In this document: one piece after another, positions 1 to 10,851 of the stretch
How positions within the stretch are numbered: the stretch's first letter is position 1
How the letters are laid out: each line of letters starts with the position of its first letter
Source of the DNA: Parcubacteria group bacterium
GTDB lineage: Bacteria > Patescibacteriota > Minisyncoccia > Phycocordibacterales > CALRHW01
Direction: 5' to 3'
Assembly (NCBI GenBank): GCA_039740835.1
Contig: JBCLGW010000001.1
Span: 27,640-91,639, forward strand
DNA: 64,000 nt
Translations under genes and position numbers: made by a program
The notes under the pieces: model-generated
What the model was told of the DNA's origin: nothing
What the model saw: the letters and a program-made list of their open reading frames with translations, nothing else
Databases searched by the model: none

Positions 1-1029
1 TTTCAAAGTGGACGTGTGGTCCTGTAGATTTTCCAGTTGAACCAATGCTACCGATGACCTGACCTTGTACTACGCGCATACCTGCAGAAACAATAGTGCG
101 TGACATGTGAGCATAAAGAGTTTGTGTTCCGTTGTCATGAGCGATAACAACATATATCCCGTATCCTCTGTTCCATCCAGTGTTTTTGCTTACAATAATC
201 GTACCTCCGGCAGAAGCCAAAAGTGGTGTGCCTGTGGGGGCGGCTAGATCAACACCGTTGTATCCATGGAGACCTTGGGAGCGTCGAGCGCTCGGCGCTG
301 GGTTTATATAATAACCCACAGAAACAGAACGGATTGGCAAAAGGTTTTTCAACACACCAGAAGATTTTGTACTTGCTTTTGCTATCACAGGCACCGCCTC
401 TCCGTCTGGTACAAGCACGATATCACCGACAACAAGCTTGTCTTCAATAGACAAATCATTAAACTGTCTGATTTCACCTGCATCACTTTTATATTTTTTA
501 GCAATACTTTCTACAGTATCACCAGACTTTACAGAATGTTGCACGCCTGAAATAGGGAGGATAACGAGAGTTTGGTCTTCAGAAAGAATGTTGCCTGAAA
601 GGTCGTTGGCCCAAACGATAGTGTTTACAGAAACACCAAACATTTTTGCAATTTGAGAAATAGTATCGTCTTTCCGTACTACATAATATAGACTGATCTG
701 GCTTGCAGACAAATGAGTATCTGAACCAATATCTCCGACAGCATTGAGTGCTGGCTCGATAGCGGTTGAGTCAACAATAGTCACATCACCACCTCCAACA
801 GAAGACTTTAAACTGTTTGGCGCTTTTAAAAGAGCGATATTTTGAGAGTTTTTGTTTGGGTCTGAGGCAGAAAACTCCTCTATATTTGAACCAAAAAAGC
901 TGGCGATTGTATTAAAAAGACTGGCATGAGCTTTTGCCGGTGCGATAAAAGAGGTAAGCATCAAGACAAGGCCTGAAACGATAAACCCCCTAAAAACAAA
1001 CCTTATGGTCTTATATCTCGCTATATGGG
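1..1029 (-). CDS. Secreted LysM-repeat / M23 (LytM-type) peptidoglycan endopeptidase. Partial: the C-terminus runs off the window and the exact start is uncertain.
   Basis: Reverse-strand translation gives an N-terminal signal-like segment RFVFRGFIVSGLVLMLTSFIAPAKA. Two LysM motifs follow (DTISQIAKMFGVSVNTIVWAN; GDTVESIAKKYKSDAGEIRQFN). The M23 active-site region reads YAHMS...GSTGKSTGPHVHFE. There is no in-frame stop down to position 1. Confidence 0.6.
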
Positions 1030-1255
1030 CGCCACATGAAGTGGCTAGAGATATTAGTGTTTGGAACTTGTGTAAAATATGGCTTAGATTAATGATAATT
1101 CGTCCTGAGTTGGAAAATATGGCTTACTTTAGCCATATTATTAAATCGTATGTCTGTTCTGGGTATCTAATTATTATACCCGACAGCATATCTACGTCAA
1201 CCACTTTATGCACCCCTGTGGATAAGTGTCCGTATGATATAGTGAGTCTTTAAAG

Positions 1256-3220
1256 ATGAAAAACTTCGACAAAAAAGATTATTTATCAAATCTAAACACA
1301 GAGCAACGCGAAGCCGTGACTACAACTGATGGTCCAGTGCTCATAGTCGCTGGCGCGGGGGCAGGAAAAACTAAAACGATCATTCATCGCATTGTCTATT
1401 TAATACAAAATGGTGTTCCGCCAGAAAAAATCCTAGCGATAACATTTACAAACAAAGCGGCAAAAGAGATGCGCGAAAGAATAGTGCGTTTTTTAGAAAA
1501 TGATGATGAATTGAAAGCTTTGACCCACTCTGGTATGCCGATGCTTTCAACCTTTCACGCACTCGGCGTCTTTATCCTAAAAACCTACGGCGACAGGATA
1601 GGGCTTTCCAGATATTTCACAATTTACGATAAAACTGACGGGAAAAGGGCGATAAAAGAGGCGACCATACAAGCAAATTACGACCCAAAACAGTTTGACT
1701 CGGGGAAAATCCAACATGCTATATCTAGAGCAAAAGGTGAGGGAATGACGCTCTCTCAATATAAAGAAAACATGGGAAATGAGTATTTTGAAAGCGTTGT
1801 GCTGTCTATTTGGACAAAATATGAAACAATTCTTTCAAAAGAGGGCGCGCTGGACTTTGATGATTTACTCCTAAAAGCACTCGGGCTTTTAGAAAATTTT
1901 GAGGACGTGCGAAATGCCTGCCAACAAAGATGGCAATATGTGCATATAGACGAATACCAAGATACAAACAAGGTGCAAGATACTATCGCTCAAATAATTT
2001 CAAAAAAACATCACAATCTATGTGTGGTGGGAGACACAGACCAAAACATTTACAGCTGGAGGGGGGCGGATATAAAAAATATGTTGCAGTTTGAAAAAAA
2101 ACATCCAAACGTGAAAATAATCCGCCTCGAAGAAAACTATCGCTCAACAAAAACGATTCTCGCTGTTGCAAACAAAATAATTCAAAAAAATAAATACCGA
2201 ATAGACAAAAAACTTTTTACAAACAATGCAGAAGGGGACAAGGTGGGTCTCATAGAAAATTATGACGAAACACAAGAAGCGCACGCTACTGTAAATAAAA
2301 TCCGCGCGCTCATGGACTCGGGTACTGTAGGCAATGAAATAGCCGTGCTTTATCGTGCCAATTTTCAGTCGCGTGCGCTTGAGGAAGCATTACTGGCGCA
2401 AAGCGTGCCATATCAAATGCTCGGCACACGATTTTTTGAACGCAAAGAAATCAAAGACACTCTTTCATATATCCGCGCATCTCTAAACCCCGCGAGCGTT
2501 TCTGATTTGAAAAGAATTATAAATGTGCCAGCGCGAGGTATAGGAAAAACCACTGTAGAAAAAGTCTTTGCAGGACAAGAGCACGAGCTTTCTGCATCTG
2601 CACAAAGTAAACTTTCTTTGTTTCGCGCTATTTTGATGCGCATAAAAGAAGAATCTCTTTTAAAAAATGCTTCCGAGCTCATAAAATACACAATAGAACA
2701 ATCTGGCATTGAAAAAGTGCTTGATATAAAAAACGAAGAGGACGCCGAGCGTTTGGAAAATATAAAAGAACTCGTAACGCTTGCGCTTTCATATGATGTA
2801 TACGGCGTACCAGAAGGTATTGAGAGACTACTTACAGACGCGTCGCTTGCCACAGACGAAGAAACTAGCGAAGAAAAAGAAAAAGCTGTAAAACTAATGA
2901 CCGTGCACTCTGCAAAAGGCTTAGAGTTTGACTGTGTTTTTGTGACAGGTCTAGAAGACGGTCTTTTTCCACACAGAAAATATGACGCAGGCATATCTGC
3001 CGAAGATGCCGAGGAAGAACGCCGACTTTTTTATGTTGCAGTCACTCGAGCGCGCAAAAAACTTTTTCTTTCATACGCACAAACACGCACCATCTTTGGA
3101 TCACGCCAAGTAAATATTCCTTCCGAATTTATTTTTGATATAGAAGACATACATATGGAAAGAGAAGAGCCCTCTGCCGACACATATCCCAAAAAACCAC
3201 TTTTTAAGATAGACTTCTAA
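1256..3220 (+). CDS. pcrA: ATP-dependent DNA helicase, UvrD/PcrA family
   Basis: Walker A motif AGAGAGKTKT. Conserved UvrD motifs ITFTNKAA, DEYQDTN, YRS and VTRARK. 654 aa. Confidence 0.85.
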   Translation: MKNFDKKDYLSNLNTEQREAVTTTDGPVLIVAGAGAGKTKTIIHRIVYLIQNGVPPEKILAITFTNKAAKEMRERIVRFLENDDELKALTHSGMPMLSTFHALGVFILKTYGDRIGLSRYFTIYDKTDGKRAIKEATIQANYDPKQFDSGKIQHAISRAKGEGMTLSQYKENMGNEYFESVVLSIWTKYETILSKEGALDFDDLLLKALGLLENFEDVRNACQQRWQYVHIDEYQDTNKVQDTIAQIISKKHHNLCVVGDTDQNIYSWRGADIKNMLQFEKKHPNVKIIRLEENYRSTKTILAVANKIIQKNKYRIDKKLFTNNAEGDKVGLIENYDETQEAHATVNKIRALMDSGTVGNEIAVLYRANFQSRALEEALLAQSVPYQMLGTRFFERKEIKDTLSYIRASLNPASVSDLKRIINVPARGIGKTTVEKVFAGQEHELSASAQSKLSLFRAILMRIKEESLLKNASELIKYTIEQSGIEKVLDIKNEEDAERLENIKELVTLALSYDVYGVPEGIERLLTDASLATDEETSEEKEKAVKLMTVHSAKGLEFDCVFVTGLEDGLFPHRKYDAGISAEDAEEERRLFYVAVTRARKKLFLSYAQTRTIFGSRQVNIPSEFIFDIEDIHMEREEPSADTYPKKPLFKIDF

Positions 3221-3221
3221 C

Positions 3222-4001
3222 ATGCGACCAAAAAAATCTCTCGGTCAAAACTTTCTGAAATCAAAACATGCATTGCGGGTTATCGTTGACTGCGCGCAGA
3301 TATCAGGGAGCGATGTCGTGCTTGAAGTCGGACCCGGCAAAGGCGCGCTCACAAAAGAGCTTTTAGTGAATGCGAAAAAAGTAATCGCTGTAGAAAAAGA
3401 TGACCTGCTCATACCGCTTTTGCAAGAAATGTTTGCGGTACAAATATCAGAAGGGAAGCTTGCACTAGTGCACGGCGACATAATGGAAATGTCGAGAGAA
3501 ACACTGGGGGTGGGTGGCGAATACAAACTCGTAGCAAATATTCCTTACTATATTACGGGCGTACTTTTGCGTACATTTTTGTCGGGCGCGCGACCGCCGA
3601 CGCGTATGGTGCTCATGTTGCAGAAAGAGGTCGCGCGCCGTATCGTAGCAAACGACAAAAAAGAAAGTTTGCTTTCTCTTTCAGTAAAAGCGTACGGCAC
3701 ACCGCGCTACATAGAAACGGTCAAAGCGATGTTTTTTTCACCAAAACCAAAAGTAGATTCTGCGATTTTGCTCATAGAAAATATTTCAAAAAAATTCTTT
3801 GATGGCTTTAGCGAAGAAAAGTTTTTCAAAGTGATAAAATCCGGCTTTGCTCATAAAAGAAAAATGCTAAAGAGAAACCTAGAAAGTAATTTCCAAAAAG
3901 AGGCAATAAAAAAAGCTTTTGAAATTTCAAAGCTTCCTCTTACTGTGCGTTCAGAAGACATCGCGCTTTCAGACTGGAAAAATCTGACCGAAAACCTATG
4001 A
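3222..4001 (+). CDS. rsmA: 16S rRNA (adenine1518/1519-N6)-dimethyltransferase, RsmA/KsgA
   Basis: N-terminus KKSLGQNFL and SAM-binding motif LEVGPGKGALT, characteristic of KsgA. Confidence 0.85.
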   Translation: MRPKKSLGQNFLKSKHALRVIVDCAQISGSDVVLEVGPGKGALTKELLVNAKKVIAVEKDDLLIPLLQEMFAVQISEGKLALVHGDIMEMSRETLGVGGEYKLVANIPYYITGVLLRTFLSGARPPTRMVLMLQKEVARRIVANDKKESLLSLSVKAYGTPRYIETVKAMFFSPKPKVDSAILLIENISKKFFDGFSEEKFFKVIKSGFAHKRKMLKRNLESNFQKEAIKKAFEISKLPLTVRSEDIALSDWKNLTENL

Positions 4002-4358
4002 TGTCCCGACCATTGTAATAATACCTTGGGCTGGTGGTCCTTGGACTGTACAATAACCATCATGCACGTTTGCACAACCCACTGGTGCACCTGTATGTAA
4101 ACCCAAAACCCAAGACCCAGTCCAGATACGATAATTCATAAAAAGCCGACTAAATTTAGGTGAGTACAGATACAACCCGCCAGACGGCGGAGAAACACTG
4201 ATCAAAAGACCGAGAGTACCACAAGTACATGCTTTTACAATAGTCATAACGCCTCCGAAAGAAGGTAATGATTGAGCATTGGCTTCTTTTGCAACAAAAA
4301 CACTAGGACCGATCAGGGTTGTTATCAAAAAAATAATTATAATAATTTTTCTTTTCAT
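3996..4358 (-). CDS. Small secreted Cys-containing hypothetical protein
   Basis: ORF with N-terminal signal peptide (MKRKIIIIIFLITTLIGPSVFVAKEANA) and several Cys. No recognisable family. Confidence 0.4.
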   Translation of the reverse strand: MKRKIIIIIFLITTLIGPSVFVAKEANAQSLPSFGGVMTIVKACTCGTLGLLISVSPPSGGLYLYSPKFSRLFMNYRIWTGSWVLGLHTGAPVGCANVHDGYCTVQGPPAQGIITMVGTS

Positions 4359-4359
4359 T

Positions 4360-5469
4360 TTACTTAAGGATAATTATAGCAGGATTATTTCTATCACTCA
4401 CACCGTTGGTGTTTACAACTGTTAGATAAATCTTCATTTCAAAATCTGCGGTAGTAAACATATCCGCAAAACCCTCTATGTAAGTCGGTGCATCAAGCCG
4501 AAATTTCAGTGTTTTTCCATCAGACGATGCTAGGTTTAAAATTTCACCAAAAGAAGTAAAAACCCTGTTTCCTGTCGGTGTAAAATTTTCTCCAGTCAAA
4601 GTAACTTCATCACCCAAAGACACTGTCTGTGGCAGGGCAGATGATATTTTTGGCGCAATAGCACCAGCGTTTGTCACAACAAAATACGCATTACTTTTAC
4701 TTTTTCCTTTTAAGTTGCCGACTTCTAAATCATAAACTCCGACCGACAAAGACGCGGGTATGGTCATTGAAATTTTGTTGGCATTTGTCGCTGGAATATT
4801 TGAGATAGCGTTGGAACCAAAATAAATAGTGTTGCTTGATAAATTAAAGCCCGTGCCAGAGAACTCAAGGGTGCTTCCTTGCACACCAACATTTGTCGAC
4901 AAAAAAGCTAGCTGTACTTTATCATTTTCACTTTCAGCAAAAATATTAAATTGTTCGATACCAGTAAAACCTGTCGCGGTTTGGGTAGCAAAAATGGGTG
5001 TGGTGGGAGATTGCACTATTTGATTTTGAGTATTTTGAGTTGTGTTATTTACGGTGTTTACTGTGTTTACTGTGTTTACTGTGTTTCCAGCGTTTCCCGT
5101 GTTGCTCACCAAAGAATTTATTTTCTGTCGTGTTGCGCTACCAAAAAATCCAGTGCCCGAAAATATTCCCAAAGGAGCCAAAACTTCGCCGGCATATTTA
5201 TTTTGAAACTTTACAACCGCAGAAAGTGTCGCTGGACCAAAATACTGCGTCTCATTTCCAGCAGAACCAGCGCCAGAAAACGCCACCACAGTATCAGGGT
5301 CTGTGTTTAGCTTTTTTTGTAATTCAAAAACCTCCACGCTAGAGTCGCCGAGCTTTAAGTTGCTGTTAAAAACAAACGCATTTGCAAAAATCGGCACGAC
5401 AAAAAACACAAAAAGTAAAAGTGGAAAAATAATCGAACCAGTTTTTTTCATATACACATTATATCGCAA
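4360..5469 (-). CDS. Secreted protein with a peptidoglycan-binding (PG_binding_1-like) domain, an NTV repeat and Ig/IPT-like repeats
   Basis: Signal peptide. Motif LKLGDSSVEVFELQKKLN...YFGPATLSAVVKFQ resembles PG_binding_1. An (NTV)n tract is encoded by a 9-bp tandem repeat. Confidence 0.5.
   Translation of the reverse strand: MRYNVYMKKTGSIIFPLLLFVFFVVPIFANAFVFNSNLKLGDSSVEVFELQKKLNTDPDTVVAFSGAGSAGNETQYFGPATLSAVVKFQNKYAGEVLAPLGIFSGTGFFGSATRQKINSLVSNTGNAGNTVNTVNTVNTVNNTTQNTQNQIVQSPTTPIFATQTATGFTGIEQFNIFAESENDKVQLAFLSTNVGVQGSTLEFSGTGFNLSSNTIYFGSNAISNIPATNANKISMTIPASLSVGVYDLEVGNLKGKSKSNAYFVVTNAGAIAPKISSALPQTVSLGDEVTLTGENFTPTGNRVFTSFGEILNLASSDGKTLKFRLDAPTYIEGFADMFTTADFEMKIYLTVVNTNGVSDRNNPAIIILK
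5041..5086. repeat. Tandem 9-bp repeat (GTGTTTACT, about 4 copies) inside a CDS
   Basis: Direct reading gives ACGGTGTTTACTGTGTTTACTGTGTTTACTGTGTTT. On the minus strand this encodes NTVNTVNTVN. Confidence 0.8.
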
Positions 5470-5525
5470 AAAAGCACTCTCACAATACGAGAAATCTGAT
5501 ATACTTATCTACATATTCTCAAACC

Positions 5526-6518
5526 ATGAAAATCCCATCAACAAAAATTATTCTGGTTTTGATTTCTTGCGTTGTTGCGGTAGCAATCATTTTTATAGGT
5601 ACAAAAACTTCAAAAAATGAGCCGGCCGTAGCTAGCCAAAACGAAACTATAGAGCCACGAGTGATGATAAGCACCTCCTTGCAGGGAACTTCAGAAATAG
5701 ACACTGACAGCGACGGACTCAAAGATTGGGAAGAAGTGCTCTGGGGTCTAGATTCCAAAAAAGCCGACACAGACGGCGATGGTATTGATGATAAAAAAGA
5801 AGTTGAACTAATACAGCTTAAAAAGGCGGATGGTGTTGTACCCACAGTATCTAGCACGACAAAAAAATCTACTGCCCCAGAAGGACCCCCCACCCTTACA
5901 GACCAACTTGCTAGACAAACATTTTCTAAATACATAAATTACAAACAAATGGGTGTGCCGATAACTAAAGAAATTACTCAGAAACTTGTGGAAGATGTCC
6001 TCGCAACAAACCTATTCAATCAAAACTTACCAAAATTTAACTCTGCGCACCTAAAAAATATTGTAGAAAGTGACGAAAAAAGCGCCTTTCACGACTACGG
6101 CAATAATTTGTGGGATATAATGGTAAAAAATACACCAAAAAATACGGTCTTGGAAAATGAATATTCTATATTTCAGAGAGCAATAGAAAAAGATGACGAG
6201 AGAGAACTAAAAAAACTAGACCCGATAATAACTGGTTACAGAAATACGGTTTTGGATATAATTTCAATGCCAGTCCCAAGAAATATGGTAGGAAAGCACC
6301 TAGAACTTATAAACTCCATGAACACACTTTTGGCATCCATAGAAGATATGCGGGTGTATTTCACAGATTCTGCGCGTGGTTTTGCGGTGCTATCATACTA
6401 TACAGACAAAGTTTCTGCACTTAAAAAAGCTTTGGTTGGTCTGGTGGATATTTTAAACAAAAATGGTGTGGAATATGTGGAGGGTGAGGGTGGATACACG
6501 CTAATGTATAGTATATAA
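5526..6518 (+). CDS. Membrane-anchored hypothetical protein with Asp-rich, calcium-binding-like repeats (thrombospondin-type-3-like)
   Basis: N-terminal transmembrane segment. The sequence DTDSDGLKDWEEV...DTDGDGIDDKKEVE follows a DxDxDG pattern. 330 aa. Confidence 0.4.
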   Translation: MKIPSTKIILVLISCVVAVAIIFIGTKTSKNEPAVASQNETIEPRVMISTSLQGTSEIDTDSDGLKDWEEVLWGLDSKKADTDGDGIDDKKEVELIQLKKADGVVPTVSSTTKKSTAPEGPPTLTDQLARQTFSKYINYKQMGVPITKEITQKLVEDVLATNLFNQNLPKFNSAHLKNIVESDEKSAFHDYGNNLWDIMVKNTPKNTVLENEYSIFQRAIEKDDERELKKLDPIITGYRNTVLDIISMPVPRNMVGKHLELINSMNTLLASIEDMRVYFTDSARGFAVLSYYTDKVSALKKALVGLVDILNKNGVEYVEGEGGYTLMYSI

Positions 6519-6536
6519 TTAAATCAAAATATCGCT

Positions 6537-8003
6537 GTGTTATTAAAATATTTTAAAAAATCTTTATTTACTGTTTTTCTTTCAATTGTTGTTTTTACCT
6601 TTTTTGTTCCAACAAAAGCTAGCGCGCAAATACCGATCGCTGTGCCAATAATGGAGGTGGGAACTCTCTTATTAACCACCATAGAGATGGCATATCAAAC
6701 AGCTCTAACGGGTTTGAGCACAGATGCAATAGCTGAGAACACTGCGATGCTCTCTGCAAAAGAAACGGGTGTAGGAATCGGCGCATTTGGAATACCTCAC
6801 AGCTCCGCAACAGTGGCGGCGACAAATTCGCTGACCCTCGACTCCATCGCTATCAAGATTATGAAAAATTTAATCTCATCTATCACAGAAGCAACTGTCA
6901 ACTGGATAAATACTGGTTTCGATGGCGGACCACAGTTTGTTACAGACCCAGCTTCTTTTTTCATAAACGTAGCGGATAGGGTGATCGGTGAGTTTATAGA
7001 GGATACTGCGGGTACGAAATCTGATTTAAGTTTTCTCTGTTCTCCTTTTCAAATCCGCTTCGCTCTACGTCTAAACTACTCAGCATCTTTTAAAAATAAA
7101 ATCAAATGTACATTGAGTGATGTCGTAGGAAACATAGAAAACTTCTATAATGATTTTAGTGCGAATGGCTGGACAGGATGGTTTAGTATGACTCAAAACA
7201 GTCAGAACAATACTTACGGAGCATTCATAGCTGCAGATATGGAGCTCAGTAAAAAGCTAGCGACCACTCTGGGAATAGAGGAAAATAAACAAAGCTGGGG
7301 TCAAGGATTTCTTTCGTGGCAAGATTGTCTTGATGTTCCCGCACCAGCGACAGGTGTTGAGTGTAAAAAGAAAGGACCAATAAAAACTCCGGGGAAGATC
7401 ATAAACAGCCAGCTAGAAGAAGTACTCGGCACAGACTTGCGCCAGCTAGAGCTTGCAGACGAGTTTGATGAAATTATCGGTGCTTTGGTACAGCAAGCGA
7501 TGAAACAAGTCATGGTGGGGTTTGGAGCTCTAACAGCTGGTCCGAAAACCCAAGCGACAAGTGAAATGAGTACAACAATAGAAACAATAAGAACAGCAGA
7601 AAAACTTGATGCTCCTGTAAAGGCTAATCTACGTAATGCGCAACTACAAGCACACCAAGTTTATACCAAAACAACACCATTCAGTTATGGTACAGTGGAT
7701 TTTTCTGCAACCGGTGGTGCTGCTGCCGCTTGTAGCAATGTGACTACTAGCACCCTGTTTGCTAACCCAATAATATTTAGTCATATCACCGCAGCTACAG
7801 TAGCCGGCGGGGGTACAAATGCTTGTAGTAGTATCGCTGTAACAGATGGTGGTAAGTGGGCTATTGCTGTTAATTTGAAAAGTGTCGCGAAATCTTTCTG
7901 GTGTGTAGACAGTACTGGAAGGGCACAAATTAGTGGTGTAGCAACATCCACCAACAGCCAAGCTTATGCTAACTCGGTCGTTGCTGGTAGTAAGTGTAAC
8001 TAA
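6537..8003 (+). CDS. Secreted hypothetical protein (488 aa) at the head of the T4SS-like cluster
   Basis: Signal peptide ending ...PTKASAQ, Thr/Ser-rich, with paired Cys near the C-terminus. No recognised family. Confidence 0.4.
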   Translation: MLLKYFKKSLFTVFLSIVVFTFFVPTKASAQIPIAVPIMEVGTLLLTTIEMAYQTALTGLSTDAIAENTAMLSAKETGVGIGAFGIPHSSATVAATNSLTLDSIAIKIMKNLISSITEATVNWINTGFDGGPQFVTDPASFFINVADRVIGEFIEDTAGTKSDLSFLCSPFQIRFALRLNYSASFKNKIKCTLSDVVGNIENFYNDFSANGWTGWFSMTQNSQNNTYGAFIAADMELSKKLATTLGIEENKQSWGQGFLSWQDCLDVPAPATGVECKKKGPIKTPGKIINSQLEEVLGTDLRQLELADEFDEIIGALVQQAMKQVMVGFGALTAGPKTQATSEMSTTIETIRTAEKLDAPVKANLRNAQLQAHQVYTKTTPFSYGTVDFSATGGAAAACSNVTTSTLFANPIIFSHITAATVAGGGTNACSSIAVTDGGKWAIAVNLKSVAKSFWCVDSTGRAQISGVATSTNSQAYANSVVAGSKCN

Positions 8004-8043
8004 TATAAAGTAAAAAAAAATGAAAAGAGCGGGAACATAAAAT

Positions 8044-10248
8044 ATGAAAAAGTTTTTTACTAAAAAATTATTCAGAAACATACTTATAGCGACTTTTGTG
8101 GTGGCAATGTTTTTGCCAATTACTGTAACTGCTCAAGGTGCTTTTGTTGAGGCTGTTGCTAATGCTACTGTTGGGCCTAATGTTGTGCTGGCGGCAAAGA
8201 TTATTGCTGGGATTGGCGGGGAGCTTTTTATGGCGAGAATACGAGCCGCTGTCAACGAGGGTGTAAACGTTCTTGTGGGGTGGCTTGGTAATCTACTACT
8301 AACAATTTCATCCTTTTTCCTTTGGCTTGCCGGACTTTTACTAACTGTTGTCCTGGACGAAACAATGATGAAAATGGGGACAAATATTGATGGCATGCGC
8401 TCAATAAATGTGGGTTGGGCTGCACTCAGAGATGTTGCAAACTTATTTTTTATTTTTATTTTACTTTATGTTGCTATAGGTAGTATTTTAAATATCAGTG
8501 GGGTACAGATTAAAAAAATGCTTGTAAATGTTGTTATTATAGCGCTTTTAATAAACTTCAGTATGTTTTTTACAAAAATGATAATAGACGCATCCAATAT
8601 CTTAACAATTAGTTTCTATAATGCGATTCAGAGCGAAACAAAAGATGGAATTTCTGGAGCAATTGTTCACAAAATGAAACTAACGGGAATATACAACCCC
8701 AGCTCTCAATGGGGAGTGGAACAAGGAGCAACTGCTACACTTGCGGCACAAACAAGGGCGAAAAACAACCCAGTAGACGAGACCATTAGAATACTTATTC
8801 TAAGTATTTTTGGCTCCGTTTTTATGTTTATAGCGGCATTTATATTTCTCGCATTCAGCGTAATGTTTATAGGAAGATTTGTAATACTAATATTTTTACT
8901 AATATTGTCTCCCGTGGCGTTTATCTCAATGGCTCTACCAGAAGATAAGTACTCAAAAAAGTGGTGGAATGCCTTGTTTGCACAGTGTATTTTTGCGCCG
9001 GCATGTATGGCTCTTTTGTGGGTCAGTATAAAAATGCTGGAGGGCATAAATTTTGCTCCCCAAGATTCAAGTTTAGCTGGTTTAAGTTCTGGAGACCCCA
9101 AAGCAGTTCTATTGGTTCTAAATTTTATCGTGATAATATCTATGCTTATTTTTACACTTGTCGTAGCAAAAGAATTTGGAGCATATGGTGCAAACAAGGG
9201 AATGAGCATGTTAAAAACTGCCGGAAATAAGGCGAGAGGGGTGGTTAGTGGGGCGGCTAAAAGAGGGGCGGGAATGGCTGCAAGAGGGGCATTGCGTGGT
9301 GTTGCGAGCGCAACGGGTCTTGACAAATTCCGAGATAGCACTAAAGCAAAAAGTAAGATCTGGCGCACTATTTTGACTCCAGTTAATGCTGTAATGAATG
9401 CAAAAATGCCAGACGGTCAATCGGTGGATTCTGTAAAAGAAAGAGAAGAAAAGTTGAATGCCAAACATTCAGATGCTGTACTAGAAGACAAAAAAGTCGC
9501 GGCAGAGGCAGAGAAGCTAGCAAATGATAAAAAAGCCACAAAAGACAAGGCGGCAGCAGAGAGTGAGATAGAGAACCTAAACAAAGAAATGGTGGGTGTG
9601 CTTGAAAAAAGTCCGGGAGGCGCGGGTAATATAAACACACTTCATTCTCTAAAAAAAGAACTTGAGGTTTTGGGAGAACAATACAACCAATCGACAAATG
9701 AGGGAGACAAAAAGGCAATAGTGGAGCAAATGAAAGCGAAGCGAGAAAAGATACAAGATACACAAAAGAGTGTTGACTCTCAGACAGATAAAATACCTAA
9801 AGCACAAGCAATTAAAGAGCGTCTTGATGCTGTAAAAGGTGAGGTCCGTGGTGCAGAAAAGACGATAGGAAAGGCTATTGATGAGTATTTAGCTGATGCT
9901 CTAAAAGCGGAGGCAGAAAAAATTGAAAGGGCTCCTAGAATATTGGATGGGGTAAGTAATTGGGCAAGTAAAAAGATAAAGCCAATGTTAGAAAAGCTCA
10001 AGATTGGTAGAAGTAGAACAAATAACGTTGGTGATGTTGTTTTTAACACTACGGGGTGGGTAAGGGGTGTGCTTAGGGACGCAATGGGACTATCTCAACA
10101 CAGAAACAATCTCGCCAAGAATCTGCGGAAGGCAGCAAAAAAACAGAGTTTGGAAGAACTGCTTAAAGAAACAAACAAACTCCAAAAGGAACGTGCGAAC
10201 GCAGAAAGCAAGCCTAAAGATTCTGGTGCTGGTAAACCAACAACATAA
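8044..10248 (+). CDS. VirB6/TrbL-like polytopic membrane protein with a long C-terminal coiled-coil tail
   Basis: Signal peptide, then a large loop, then at least five hydrophobic helices in the TrbL/VirB6 arrangement. The K/E-rich C-terminal coiled coil is about 350 aa. It lies next to the PrgI-like and VirB4 genes. Confidence 0.45.
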   Translation: MKKFFTKKLFRNILIATFVVAMFLPITVTAQGAFVEAVANATVGPNVVLAAKIIAGIGGELFMARIRAAVNEGVNVLVGWLGNLLLTISSFFLWLAGLLLTVVLDETMMKMGTNIDGMRSINVGWAALRDVANLFFIFILLYVAIGSILNISGVQIKKMLVNVVIIALLINFSMFFTKMIIDASNILTISFYNAIQSETKDGISGAIVHKMKLTGIYNPSSQWGVEQGATATLAAQTRAKNNPVDETIRILILSIFGSVFMFIAAFIFLAFSVMFIGRFVILIFLLILSPVAFISMALPEDKYSKKWWNALFAQCIFAPACMALLWVSIKMLEGINFAPQDSSLAGLSSGDPKAVLLVLNFIVIISMLIFTLVVAKEFGAYGANKGMSMLKTAGNKARGVVSGAAKRGAGMAARGALRGVASATGLDKFRDSTKAKSKIWRTILTPVNAVMNAKMPDGQSVDSVKEREEKLNAKHSDAVLEDKKVAAEAEKLANDKKATKDKAAAESEIENLNKEMVGVLEKSPGGAGNINTLHSLKKELEVLGEQYNQSTNEGDKKAIVEQMKAKREKIQDTQKSVDSQTDKIPKAQAIKERLDAVKGEVRGAEKTIGKAIDEYLADALKAEAEKIERAPRILDGVSNWASKKIKPMLEKLKIGRSRTNNVGDVVFNTTGWVRGVLRDAMGLSQHRNNLAKNLRKAAKKQSLEELLKETNKLQKERANAESKPKDSGAGKPTT

Positions 10249-10254
10249 ATAAAT

Positions 10255-10848
10255 ATGGACGAAACATTACAAAAAAACATAGCAGATCAGTGGGAGATAC
10301 TTCCAGATGACATCAAAGCTGTTTTACTTTCACCTGAATTAGAAACAAAACTTGATGTTGTTGCGGAAAAATATCAACTCGCGCCAGAGCAGGCAGTGTC
10401 TCTAAAAACAGAGGTTCAGCTTGTTTTGCTTGGCTTAGAACACATCATTGATTTTGCAAAGAATCTTACGGAAGAATTAAAAATCCAAAAAGAGCAGGCC
10501 CGCGCTATTTCTCAAGAAGTGGGCAGTCAAATATTTTTAGGTGTAAAAGAATCTCTAAAGACACTCGGTGAAATAATAGATATTTTGGATTCTGCGGTAG
10601 AAGATTATAAAAAAGAAATGGCTGAACAAAAAGAAACTCAAACCCCAACAGAACAAATAACCCCAGAAACTATTCTGCCCCCAAACCCGCCCGACATCAC
10701 TCTCATTCCAGAGCACACTGAGCTGGGCACAATAATAGACGAAAAGCTCAGTAAAATAGTGCGCACACCGACAGAAAAAGTGGTTATTTCCGAAAGACCA
10801 GCAAACACATACAAGGGAAATGACCCATATCGTGAACCAACAGAATAA
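10255..10848 (+). CDS. Acidic hypothetical protein within the T4SS-like cluster
   Basis: ORF tightly packed between the VirB6-like and PrgI-like genes. No transmembrane segment. Glu-rich. Confidence 0.35.
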   Translation: MDETLQKNIADQWEILPDDIKAVLLSPELETKLDVVAEKYQLAPEQAVSLKTEVQLVLLGLEHIIDFAKNLTEELKIQKEQARAISQEVGSQIFLGVKESLKTLGEIIDILDSAVEDYKKEMAEQKETQTPTEQITPETILPPNPPDITLIPEHTELGTIIDEKLSKIVRTPTEKVVISERPANTYKGNDPYREPTE

Positions 10849-10851
10849 ACT

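Noticed and set aside
2413-2994. 193-aa ORF on the minus strand inside pcrA
   Set aside because: Entirely antisense to a well-supported helicase gene. Low-complexity Ser-rich translation. Shadow ORF.
4360-5469. The NTV-repeat surface protein as a type IV pilin or flagellin
   Set aside because: It has a standard Sec signal peptide rather than a class III prepilin leader. The PG-binding domain suggests a wall-anchored surface protein.
8706-9368. 220-aa minus-strand ORF inside the VirB6-like gene
   Set aside because: Antisense to a long, coherent membrane-protein ORF. Ala/Pro-rich composition typical of shadow frames.
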